Shown one piece after another: positions 38,401-49,427 of a DNA stretch of 64,000 bases. Made by a program: the position numbers and the translations under genes. The notes beneath the pieces were generated by a model. It did no database searches, was not told the DNA's origin, and saw only the letters and a program-made list of their open reading frames with translations. Numbering within the stretch: the stretch's first letter is position 1; every line of letters starts with the position of its first letter. Source of the DNA: Phallusia mammillata (taxonomy: Eukaryota); assembly GCA_965637545.1 (NCBI GenBank), contig OZ281495.1:19592001-19656000 (forward strand), given 5' to 3'.

Positions 38401-41400
38401 ATTATGGGTCCCCTTCCCTGAAGGGGACACATATTGATTTTACTCAAATTGTTTGTTTTTTTATTTCTTTTTTTTTCTTTCATTTTTTTTTCTCCCCAAA
38501 GTGTGTCCGACTCGTTTTTCCATCAAATGTTTGATGGATTTGGATGAAATTTACACATATGGTAGATGTAGTTATGTAGATGTGCATCCCACTTTGTTTT
38601 TGTTGATAACCCCAGTATTTATCCCGCTAGCTCCTAAAATGGGTGAGTTTTTAAACAGTGTCAGAATTGGCTGAAATTTGGATTTCTTGTATAGTATGCC
38701 ATTTATAGGTGTCGATTGTTGCGTTCAACCCTGTAGTCCTAACATTTACCCCACAAGCCCCTAAAGTGTAAAACGTATTTGTATGTTACTGGTCACCACA
38801 AACGAAAGATTTCTTTGGAGCAATAGTGGTACAAGGGCAACCAGTTGTATGTTGCTCGTTGGTGGGTTGCCTGGTGGTCGTTTTTGCGCCATGGCAGTTA
38901 GGGGCTTGTCAACAGCCCTATGACGTCAGAAACATTAACGGTTGTTGCTCAAAACACCTCTAGTGGTCGAAATTTTAAACATTGGCGGATTGGGCTGAAA
39001 TTTTGCAGTACTATTGATTAAGTCATTGTGGTTTTTATATATTTTTTTAGTTTGTGTGTCGAACCCAATTAGTTGCCCTACTAGCCCCCTAAAATGGGTC
39101 AGTTTTTTAAAATGTTAAATAGGACATACTTCAAACAATATCTGGGGTGAATCTAATTTTATAGCTTGTATACTACATAGTATTATTATTTAAGCCCAGT
39201 GCCGATCACTGTGTTTTACCTTACAACACCCGACTTTCTCATGGTTATCTCTTGAATTGCATTATTTTCAACTTTGCATGTGTGGGGACCCATGAGTTTT
39301 TGCCTGCAAAGTTATAAAAGACAATGGCTAATATGGGACCCAATACAAAATAAGCATAGGAAATATATTTATGTTTTAAAATAGGTTATAGTGTATATGC
39401 AAGGGCAATATGTGCTAAGCCACCCTTCTAGTTTATTGTAAAAGTTTACCCGACATACCTGTCTTTACGATAACCCTTTTGGTATTATGCATGCATGCAT
39501 TCATGACTATGCTACTATTAATGTTACAATGCCCACCAAAGTATTCATTTGTTGCATACTTCTATTTTTGGTTTAGATTACATTGTAAATTCTATGTGTT
39601 TTTTTGCAGCTGCTGCCCATCAAACTTTCATGGAGCAAACGCCAAGCGAGTTGTTTCCTGAACATGGTACTGTAAACCATTTAATAAATCAATTTCAAGA
39701 TGTCACTTCTGGGGAAAATGCTCCCGAAGTTGATACACTTTCTGTTGAAAACTCATCCCGAGACGGAACCAAGTATGTTTAAAGTGTAAATTTGTACTTT
39801 GAACCAAATACTGGTGCTCATGCTTAATTGTTCTGTTATATGACCAGTTGGTAAGTTTAACAATTATTTTATGCTTCTGATTTTAAATTTACAGGTTACG
39901 TTCATCCCGACCTGGCAGTTTTCGGCGGCGTCGAGAAGATGAAAAACGCCATTCAGGTCAGGCGAAAAGTCACAGCGACCCTGACAAGAACAAGATTGAG
40001 CAAGCCATGTCACAACATATGTAAGTAAACTGTTTGCACAAAAGGCTTGTTAACAATTAAGGCACATTTTGGGTATACAAATTCAGTGGACAAAAGCATG
40101 TGATATAGTTTGCTCTATGGTAGCTAGATGGCACATTTTTGTGTTTTTTCTGCTAGTTCATCAAACGAAAATTTGCCCCCCACTAGAGGAATAGCAGAAC
40201 AAACAACGCAGGCAGAAGAGTTGAAGGAAACTGTTATTATTCCTGGTCCTAGTGTCATTGGTGATGCTGAGGTAACGAAAAAAGAGATTTTTTTCAAATA
40301 CATATTCAGTTTGTTTATTTGCTTTCTTTCTGCATCAGATCAATGTTGATGCATCTGAACAACACTGGTCAGAAACTGTACCAAGTTCGGCCATTAAAGG
40401 AATTGACCGCCGGGAGGTGAAACGACAAGAAGTGATTAATGAACTTATTTACACAGAACAACACCACGTCAGAGACTTGAAAATTCTTGAAAAGGTTAGT
40501 GCTTGTTAACGATACCCTTTATCCTGTAGTTGTTTATGCATTTTTGATAAGTTTGATCAAGACTTACAGGTGGTGAATGTAGATGTTGATTTATTTTATT
40601 TCTTTAATTTAACTCTATAAATGACAGTAGGATCCCTAAAAATACCCCCTCCTAAAATGGACTAAATGTTTAAACTATGTTCAAATTGTGTGAAAATTTT
40701 TTTGCCATTGTAACGTAATTGCTGTATTTTACCCTATGTATCCTTTGTTGTTTGAATGGGATTAAACTTACAATTTAACATAATTGTGTACAGCAACATT
40801 TTACTGTACAACCCCAGTTAACCTTTAGCATCCTCCATCATATGAAACTGTTTAATAATGTCTAAATTGGGTAGAGTTTGGTTGTTAAACAAAAAGTGGT
40901 GCATATTAATAAAAGTGTATGGCCCTACAGCTCCAACGTTTAACTTGCTTGTGTCTTAATACACATGATTAACGACTTTGATGTATAGCAAGCAATGATT
41001 TATACCCTTGAAAACATTTATTTTGTTATGAGCCTTCGCAAACAAAGACTCGTAATACATTTACACTTGTAAAGAGGTTATATTTTGTGTGATCTAACTG
41101 ACTGCTCTGAAAACGACCCCTTGTAATTTTTGTTGTGTTAGCGGTAACAGGTTTCTATAGGATACTTCATGTGATGAAATATTTTGTAATGTTGTCGAAT
41201 ATATTTCACTGAGTTTCTATTGTTTAGGTGTTCTATGAACCTATGAAAAAACAAGGTCTAATGAAGGAAGAGGAAATATTTCAAGCTTTTCCCAACCTTC
41301 AAGCAGTCCTTGAAATCCATCGAGTTTTTAACAAATCTTTACAAGAAGCAAAGGAAGAAGCCAAAGAACGTGGCAGCTACATTGTAAAGAACATTGGTGA

Positions 41401-44400
41401 CATTCTTCTATCAAGGGTGAGATTTTGTAAATACTAGTTCAACAAATCCTATTTGCTTGTGACAAATGCACTGGCCCAGATATTCCTCAAGACAGCACAT
41501 GCTTTGTTTATTCAACGTTCGGCAATTACTCATGCCAACAATTTTATGCGTTTCATTTTCAGAACGTGTTGATATGCTAATAAAACTGAACTACGCTTTT
41601 TAAAGTTACGATAACTGTCAACATGCTTATCAAAAATATACTTTAATTTATTTCTGCATAGAGCAAAACGGTTTATATTGCCAACCCGTATTGACTTCGC
41701 TAAGCTTATGGGCATTTTAAACTTCATTTTGGCATTGCAGTTTGACGGCAGTGACGGGAATCGCTTAAAAGAAGAATGCGCCCTATATTGCGGCAATCAA
41801 TCTACCATACTAAGTATGATAAAAGAAAAGTCCAAGAAGGAACAAAAATTTAACCAGTTTCTTGAGGTAAGATAGAGTTATACTTGCATGTACATAATTG
41901 GCAGTCAAATGTAGCTGGGTCTGTACTTGCAAAGTGTAAAATTCCCCGCCAGATGTCATTCTGTGGTTTTGTCATGGAGAAAAAACGCAGACTTCTGTGT
42001 GGTGACGTATTTTTTTACTACAAACCCGAAATAAAGTTTCCGCATTGTTATCAACAAACTGTTTTATTGTGTGGTATACATACATAGGACATGCAAAAAC
42101 AACAAGTTTGCCGAAAGTTGCACCTGAAAGATTTTGTTCCAATGGAGTTTCAGCGACTTACCAAATATCCCATGCTGCTTGAGAACGTCATTAAGTATAC
42201 TAAAAGTAAGTCTCCAAACTTCTCATCACCAAACTTTATTTTTCGCATAAAACGACGTGCGTTAAGTGCGAAACGCAAGGCCAATTGAACCTGCACTTTG
42301 CCCAGAAAGCGCCAACATGCAATATTTACATGTGCATGTCTTTGTCGGGTCATCAAGAAATGTGCCAATTATCTGTTTTTGCTGGATAATATTGTATGTA
42401 CATCCGTTGTATATTGGCTTGTTAACAAATTGTCCTGTTATGTTTGAATTTGGTAAACACTGATATAGGAAAAAAAACTTCGTTATAAAGTACTCACATG
42501 TTGTTTGTTTGCCACAGTAGCTATTTTGTTTTGTTTTTGAAATGACAAAACTTAAAAATATGTCAATACAACTTACAGAAAAAGCGGATGGGGAACTTGA
42601 AAAAATTAAGAAAGCTTGTGAGAGATGTCGGGATATTCTCGCATTTGTCAACCAAACTGTGAAGGAAGCAGAAGATAAACAGGTATATGGCATTAACAAT
42701 ACATATTGCTTTGTGAAAAAGTTGAATCTATATGAACCTGTTGCATGTTTTTACATCATTTATTATGCTAACCATATATCATATATGTATTTCATCTCAT
42801 GCATAATATGTTTTTGTTTTTGCCAGAAAATCCTTGAAATCCAGCAAAACCTTGACAGGGGTCCACTGTTGAAAAACAGTTTGAACGACGATCCTCTTGT
42901 GCGTGAATACAAGGTACAGTTTCCTATACTTTTACATAATTATGCTTCAACATTGTGTGTATGAATCGGTTCTTGTTTGGTTGAACAAATGAAGCCAATC
43001 GTATATTGTCAATCCCATTAGCACATACCGCAGTTGGCTGTCACGTTTAAGCATTTTAATGTGATGTGCGCTTAACTTTCCTTATTCAACCAGAACATTG
43101 ACCTCACCAAACGTCACGTGGTCCACCACGGTCAACTTACGTGGAGAGTCAGTCACTTGGATAAGAAGAAGGAAATACGTAAGTATTATGCTTGTGACGT
43201 CATCGATGTCCTGCTGACCCGATTTAATGTCACTGACATGTTTATGTACATATATTGCTTGCAAGAGTTTCTTTCTCGTTCTATAACTTTGCCATGACTT
43301 GAAAATTACCATATTTTGCAATAAAAAAGAATATGTTTCCCTACCTAAAGTGTAAAAAAATGATTGAAATATGTCGGCATTTTCTTCCATTTTAGTCAAA
43401 TTGCAGTTAACGTTAAAAAGTGTTTCAGTTGTACGATCAGTTTTTGTCGTTTCTGATCTACAAACATCAATTTTCTTTGTTTTTTTATCGCAGCCCTACA
43501 CTGTATTTTATTCGAGGATCTAATGGTGTTACTGCAACGTCAGGAAGACCGTTACATTCTCAAATGCCAAATGTCCGGATTGGCCAATGCTCCTCCCTTC
43601 CTCAAGCTGGACAAGCTGATTGTGAGAAATGTGGCAACCGGTCAGTATAAGCTTAAACCCAAACTATAGCTCAAGTTGATATTCCTACGAACACGGTACA
43701 CACATCATACTTGTGCCCCATATTTAGTAGGGATGGGCCGAGCCGAGCCGAGCCGATCCAGAACCCGTGTACTCGGAACAGAGCATCGCTGTTTTTCATG
43801 CTCGGCCGAGTAGTAGCACAAACTGACCCGAGCATCGATTTAAACTCGTGTTCAAAGGATATCCAAGAACAAAAAGACTGTTTTTTAAATGCGTTGGGTT
43901 AGCTTAGTACACCGCTGGTGACGTTTGGGACCCTGGAATTCCTGCAATTGACCATTTATCACCTGAAATCTTTGTTTTATAATCGAATGTTTCAAGTAAC
44001 ATAGTTTATCTTTTTGAAAATTTTGATTAAAGGCCAATGGGAAATTCCAGAAATATTAAGTGTGGATGCGGTGAATGCGTTCGTAATAAACTTTTAGTGC
44101 AAACGGTTATTTGATGGCAACGAATTCATCCAGTGATGTAAACTTAAAACAGTTTTCTTACAACAAGTTTTGATTTAAAACTGTTTGAGTTTGAAGTTAT
44201 CAGTTCCACGTTACAGACAAGCGCGGATTTTTCGCCATGTCCACACACGCGGGTCCTCTCATGTACGAGTTCGTTTGCAAATCGACAACTGACGTGAAAC
44301 AGTGGATGAAGAATATCACTGAAACGGTGGCCGTTGCCAAAAAGGTAAAAATGGGTGACCTTATTGTTTACTGGTGTAAACATAGTTATAAAATGCTCAT

Positions 44401-47400
44401 TTTGTTTCCCTTGGCAAAAGTATTTTCTGATAAGCTGTACAAAAATGTTTTGTTAGAGATAGTCTAAGTGGCAAAATGGTCAAAATTGCAATTGGATGTT
44501 AGGTTTCCAGAAAGGTTATGATCTTTATTTTTGTAAAAAAAACGCTTTTTAGGACATCGGAACTTCGGCACGAAGGAAGGGATTTCATGTGGCTGGTACA
44601 TCACGTGACGTTGAAGATGACAAGTAATGATTTTTTCCCATAGTGCAATTTAATGGTGTTGTCGAGTTTGCTAAATACATTCTCTTTACAGTTTTGGTAC
44701 GATATCTGCTGGAATGTTGGTGGGACGAGTTCAAGAAAATCATCCTCACATACGTGCAACAGTAAGTTCTTACGTATGTTATACTGGTGCTGGACCGGTT
44801 TTCTTGAATGAGACACCTATAGTTTTCGTATGTTTTTACTTGCTTGTTATGGGTCCCCTTCCCTGAAGGGGACACATATTGATTTTACTCAAATTGTTTT
44901 GTTGTTTTTTCTTTTTTTTCTTTTTTTTTCTTTTTTTTTCTTCCTTTTTTTTCTCCCCAAAGTTTGTCCGACTCGTTTTTCCATCAAATGTTTGATGGAT
45001 TTGGCTGAAATTTACACAGATGGTAGATATAGTTATGTAGATGTGCATCCCACTTTGTTTTTGTTGATAACCCCAGTATTTACCCCGCTCGCCCCCTAAA
45101 ATGGGTGTTTTTACCCAAAGTTTGTCCGACTCGTTTTTCCATCAAATGTTTGATGGATTTGGCTGAAATTTACACAGATGGTAGATATATTCATGTAGAT
45201 GTGCATCCCACTTTGTTTTTGTTGATAACCCCAGTATTTACCCCGCTAGCCCCCTAAAATGGGTGAGTTTTTAAACAGTGTCAGAATTGGCTGAAATTTG
45301 GATTTCTTGTATAGTATGCCATTTATAAGTGTCAATTGTTGTGTTCAACCCTGTAGTCCTAACATTTACCCCACAAGCCCCTAAAGTGTAAAACGTATTT
45401 GTATGGTACTGGGCACCACAAACGAAAGATTTCTTTGGAGCAATAGTGTTACAAGGGCAACCATTTGTTTGTTGCTCGTTGGTGGGTTGCTTGGTGGTCG
45501 TTTTTGCGCCATGGCAGTTAGGGGCTTGTTAACAGCCCTATGACGTCAGAAACAGTAACGGTTGTTGCTCAAAACACCTCTAGTGGTCGAAATTTTAAAC
45601 ATTGGCGGATTGGGCTGAAATTTTGCAGTACTATTGATTGAGTCATTGTGGTTTTTATATATTTTTTAGTTTGTGTGTCGAACCCAATTAGTTGCCCTAC
45701 TAGCCCCCTAAAATGGGTCAGTTTTTTTAAAACGTTAAATAGGACACACTTTAACCAATATCTGGGGCGAATCTAATTTTATAGTTTGTATTCTACATAG
45801 TATTATTATTTAAGCCCAGTGCCGATCACTGTGTTTTACCTTACAACACCCGACTTTTGCATGGTTATCTCTTGAAATGCATTATCTACAACTTTGCATG
45901 TGTGGGGACCCATGAGTTTTTGCCTGCAGAAACGACTAAAGTTATAAAAGACGGTGACTAATATGGGACCCAATGCAAAATAAGCATAGGAAATATATTT
46001 ATGTTTCAAAATAGGTTATAGTGTATATGCAAGGGCAATATGTGCTAAGCCACCCTTCTAGTTTTTACTGGATAACAATGCGTTGTTGACCATAAATACG
46101 CCATGTTTGTCTATAATCCTAAAGAGTGCGTTTTCATAGGAATCCAGTCCAGCCGGCACCGATGACGCAACAACCCCTGTCGTAATCTCTGGCTACGGAA
46201 AAGTTGCAGACGAAATCCTCCCCGTAACAGTTGCTGAACGACTGCTTCTCGTGCAGCAGGTAAAAAGTTTCGAGTGCGATCTTTGCAAGAAATCCGACGA
46301 GACAATGTTTTTTTGGAAGATTTTTTTAAACAAATACTTGATCCTTTTCCAGTGACTGAAAATTAACATCTATTTATGACTCGATCATGCATTTTGTTTA
46401 AACTAAGATCGTGACAGTCAGCTTTTAACAGCAAAATGTAAGGAATATGTCAGCGTTTAAAATTCCTGGTAACGCGCTGCCGAACTAATCACGCATACGT
46501 TTTGACATAACATGAAAATATTTAGTTCTGAAGTAAATATAGAGGCTCACTTTTAAAACGTATTTTTTTTAAACTAAAGCAAACAGTGCCTTACTATTTT
46601 GATGGGTGAGTTACAGAAAATCCATACTGTATAGACCAGCGGTTCCCAAACTGGGGTCCGCGGTCCTTTAGGGGTCCGGAGGCAATTTTGGGGGGACCGC
46701 GAAGCGGTTGAAGTAATTCTATAATCTTATTTGGCGTCAGTTTGTGCCACTAAATAAGTTTAAATCAAAGTAGAATTGAGAATCAACTGTCTCCATTGCT
46801 TAACAATAGCCTTTATTGAATGACAACTATCAAAAATGTAATTGTTCGCGCACAATTGTAGTGCATTTGTCTTTTCTGTGATGTCACAAGCTGTGTTTGG
46901 ATGACTTTTATGCGCAATTTTGCATAACTAGCTAAAATCCTGAAATCAACTTTCGTTTTTATGAAATACATATTTAGGCTCAAGGACCGCGAGCCCTCAA
47001 AATAATGGCAAAGGGACCGTTTTGAAAAAAATATGAAAAAGTTTGGGAACCGCTGGTATAGACCTACATGCAATTAGATAAGCACTACATGCAATTTTGG
47101 CATTGTTTTTTCACATAAAATCTGTAATGTTATTCAAACTTCACTTTTTTATTTGACACACGACTAGTTGCATTTTTATAACTGACTATCGTTTCATAGG
47201 TACTTTTTATATAGAGTGACACTTGTACATTTTATCCATGTTGTGTGCAGGACATTACATCGGCAGTTGAACGAAAACATCGACTTCTTGCTGAAGCATC
47301 GGGTCTGGATGACGCCGTGCTTGAAAACGTCCTTGAAATGTCGTCGGTCGATTCCGAACCAGAAGCGAAAACACTAGTCATGCATTCACTGCTGTGTGGT

Positions 47401-48881
47401 AAGCGTCACTGTGTGAAAGTGCATCACCTCCAATAGACAAAAGGACGTGAACTATTTTTCAAAAATTAATCAGGAAAAATATCTATTCATAAACAAAAAC
47501 TGGTGATAAATTGATCAAACCTTGTGCTAAACATTTAACGTGGCTGCCCTAAATTAACCTGATACCCATGATCTGGTAAAAAAGTTTGTATGTGTTTGTT
47601 GATGTTTACACCGAACTGAGTATTTGATTTGAATTTTACGCAGTTGACAAACTTACCAAGTTACTGAACGATTGCATGGTACCCGACCAAATCGACGTCC
47701 GACCCCGATATCTCACCGCAAACGACAGAGAACGAAGCGCTTCGAACCGGTCGTCAGCATTTGTTCCTGAGCAATCCGAACCCGAAACCCAGGAGCGGTG
47801 GGCGGTGCCCGTCTCCCATCCACACGATGTCTCGCCCCATACATCCACCGCCACCCTGAACTCTGTCTCCGACATGACACCTAGCGGCTCTGTGTCCAAG
47901 TCTCTTTCCGACGACAGTTTTACTTCGCCGGTGATGCTTAAGTCACCAGGGTCCAGAACGAATGAAGAAGGGACGACGTCGGACAATGAAGTTTACAATG
48001 ACCAGTCCGATAATACGTTTTCGAATGACATCGAGGATGACCGCAAAGATACACCAACAATGACCGGTGACGAGTTGTCTTTGAACGAATCACGAGCTGC
48101 CATGTTAGCAGTGGGAAGTATAACAGATGAAAGCAATTCCCGGCCGATGTCATCCAGTTACGAGTTGATGTCCAACGCTGGAGTTGTATCGATCACACGG
48201 ATGGTGGAAATCACAAGCTGTCTCCAAACTCAGCTCACACAGCTTATGGTATGTGGTAATTCTGGGTCCCTCTTCCTGAAGGGGAGACATATTAATTTTA
48301 CTCGATTTGTTTTTTTCGTTCCAAAGTTTGTTCAACTCGTTTCATGTTTATGACTAGCCATTATTAGGTACCCGACAGACCCTAGTATGTTGCAGGGTTC
48401 AAAAAACGGTTTAGCTCCATTGGCATACCAAATAACCTTTTTAGTTATGTAAACTTATTTTGTGGTATTCAGTAAATGCACACCCCATACAAAGTCCAGA
48501 TATCAGAATAACTTGTCCTTACTGGTAATAACCATCCGTAACATTTCAAATTGGTCTGTGTTTCAGCATGTGAATGATATAAATGATGCAGAAAAACAAA
48601 GGTTAGCAAAAGAAAATGAACAACTAAGGGCACAAATGAACCAGCTCCTTCAGGTAAATTACCACTTAAAAAATTTTTGCTACAAATTGGCTTCCTAGTT
48701 TCAACAATATAAAGTTCTGAATAAATTGTTTGATAATAAAGCAACTTATTTCTGTATAGCTATCTTTTAAACAGCGCGTTTATATGCATATTCATGACGA
48801 TCATAACAGTTATAAGTAATATTACAGCCAGAAGAGAATCCAGCCCCACCGTCGTATTCAGATGTTGTCGAAGGTCGGTGA
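26476..48881 (+). CDS. ARHGEF12: RGS-RhoGEF of the PDZ-RhoGEF/LARG (ARHGEF11/12) family: PDZ, RGS-like, DH, PH and C-terminal coiled coil; start exon unresolved
   Basis: PDZ: 'KCVVVQKDENGYGLTVSGDNPVYVQSVKP/DGAAHKAGVTQGDRIIK/VNNTNV..NHVDVVRLIK'. RGS-like: 'GPFNDFDKLTQRPAHLAVFLKYVI'. DH: 'EVKRQEVINELIYTEQHHVRDLKIL', 'LKDFVPMEFQRLTKYPMLLENV'. PH: 'LMYEFVCKSTTDVKQWMKNI'. Stop at 48879-48881. A candidate ATG micro-exon at 23625-23629 (ATGGA|GTAAGT) is phase-compatible but unproven. One exon carries an apparent 1-bp deletion (46220-46222). The symbol is family-level only. Confidence 0.9.
32238..33008 (+). CDS. Candidate alternative first coding exon of the RhoGEF (Ser/Pro-rich, 257 aa)
   Basis: Long intronic ORF starting MASDEDGD. 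It has a phase-0 donor AAG|GTCAGA at 33008/33009, compatible with the phase-0 acceptor near 34671. Confidence 0.7.
33523..33579 (+). CDS. Candidate second short alternative first exon of the RhoGEF (MHPHYTERDVSHSALILLS)
   Basis: ATG in frame with a consensus GTGAGT donor at 33580, phase 0, downstream of a CpG-rich promoter-like patch (~33400-33480). Confidence 0.4.
35934..36305. mobile_element. hAT-type MITE (TAGGGATG TIR)
   Basis: TIRs TAGGGATGTGCC / GGCACATCCCTA. Perfect 8-bp TSD GCTGTTAC at 35926-35933 and 36306-36313. GCTCG/CCGAG subterminal repeats. Confidence 0.92.
38403..39433 (-). mobile_element. Helentron-associated non-autonomous element (HINE/DINE-1-like), copy 1
   Basis: On the - strand it starts AACTAGAAGGG and has subTIRs CACATATTG / CAATATGTG. 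It ends in the stem-loop GTCCCCTTCAGGGAAGGGGAC, contains a T-rich microsatellite and shows no TSD. It is a near-identical ~1 kb match to 44847-46063. Confidence 0.75.
40570..40930 (-). mobile_element. Highly decayed fragment, probably of the same HINE family
   Basis: Patchy similarity to the HINE internal unit (e.g. CCCCCTCCTAAAATGG...TTTAAAC...GAAA(A)TTT; GCCCTAC). Confidence 0.35.
43728..43930. mobile_element. One-ended fragment of the 35934-36305 hAT MITE family
   Basis: TAGGGATGGGCCGAGCCGAGCC...GAGCATCGCTGTTT...GCACAAACT...CACCGCTGGTGACGT aligns with the reverse complement of the right end of the 35934 element. No second TIR found. Confidence 0.7.
44847..46063 (-). mobile_element. HINE/DINE-1-like element, copy 2, with an internal ~160-bp tandem duplication
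   Basis: Same termini, subTIRs and hairpin as copy 1. The core unit is duplicated at ~44957-45115 and ~45116-45265. Confidence 0.78.
46637..47055. mobile_element. hAT (Charlie-like) MITE
   Basis: TIRs CAGCGGTTCCCAAACT / AGTTTGGGAACCGCTG (16/16). Perfect 8-bp TSD GTATAGAC at 46629-46636 and 47056-47063. Confidence 0.95.
48260..48345 (-). mobile_element. Truncated 3'-end (hairpin end) fragment of the HINE family, 12-15 bp inside an intron donor
   Basis: GGGTCCCTCTTCCTGAAGGGGAGACATATTAATTTTACTC...CCAAAGTTTG matches the end of copies 1 and 2. Confidence 0.75.
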
Positions 48882-49203
48882 AGAACAAAGTGGTGACCAA
48901 TCATTCCAAGTAATTGCGTGCATACTTAATCACTGACTGATTTTCTGTTAATTATTTGTTTTTGTGGTGTAGTGTCCAAACAAATGTGCCAAATCAATAG
49001 GTTTAATTGTCTTCAATTATAAACAAAATAAGCGACAAACAATTTGCTAAATATCTAGTTTGCAGATTTTCAGTTTTGTAAAATATTAATTTCCATAACG
49101 ATGCTTTCTTGTTAATATTAGTAATTTCACGAATGAAACCAATTTGGCTTGGCGTTGATTGTCGTAAAGGTTTAAATTCATGATTCCAATTTTTGGAACG
49201 CAG

Positions 49204-49427
49204 TCAAACCCACGGAAAACGGTGTCCAATCGAAGCCAACACAAGGAATCGCTCCGTCACCACAATCAGAGATGACCGCCAACGTCCAGGCTGCTAATAC
49301 GTCACTAATCCAGGACCGTGAACACATACGTGCGTCACACACCGTATCTTGGCCGAACCGCGACGTTAGCGATCAGCCTTTTTGTCCACCATTGCCAATG
49401 AAGGCGCGTCGTTCCACTGGGTTTTGA
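49204..49427 (+). CDS. Candidate alternative terminal exon of the RhoGEF (VKPTENG...KARRSTGF*)
   Basis: An internal donor GAAG|GTCGGT at 48873/48874 (phase 1) joins the acceptor CAG at 49201-49203. This gives 74 open codons ending TGA at 49425-49427. Confidence 0.6.

Noticed and set aside
40738-40746. U12-type donor consensus GTATCCTTT
   Set aside because: Lies mid-intron within decayed repeat sequence, with no preceding exon.
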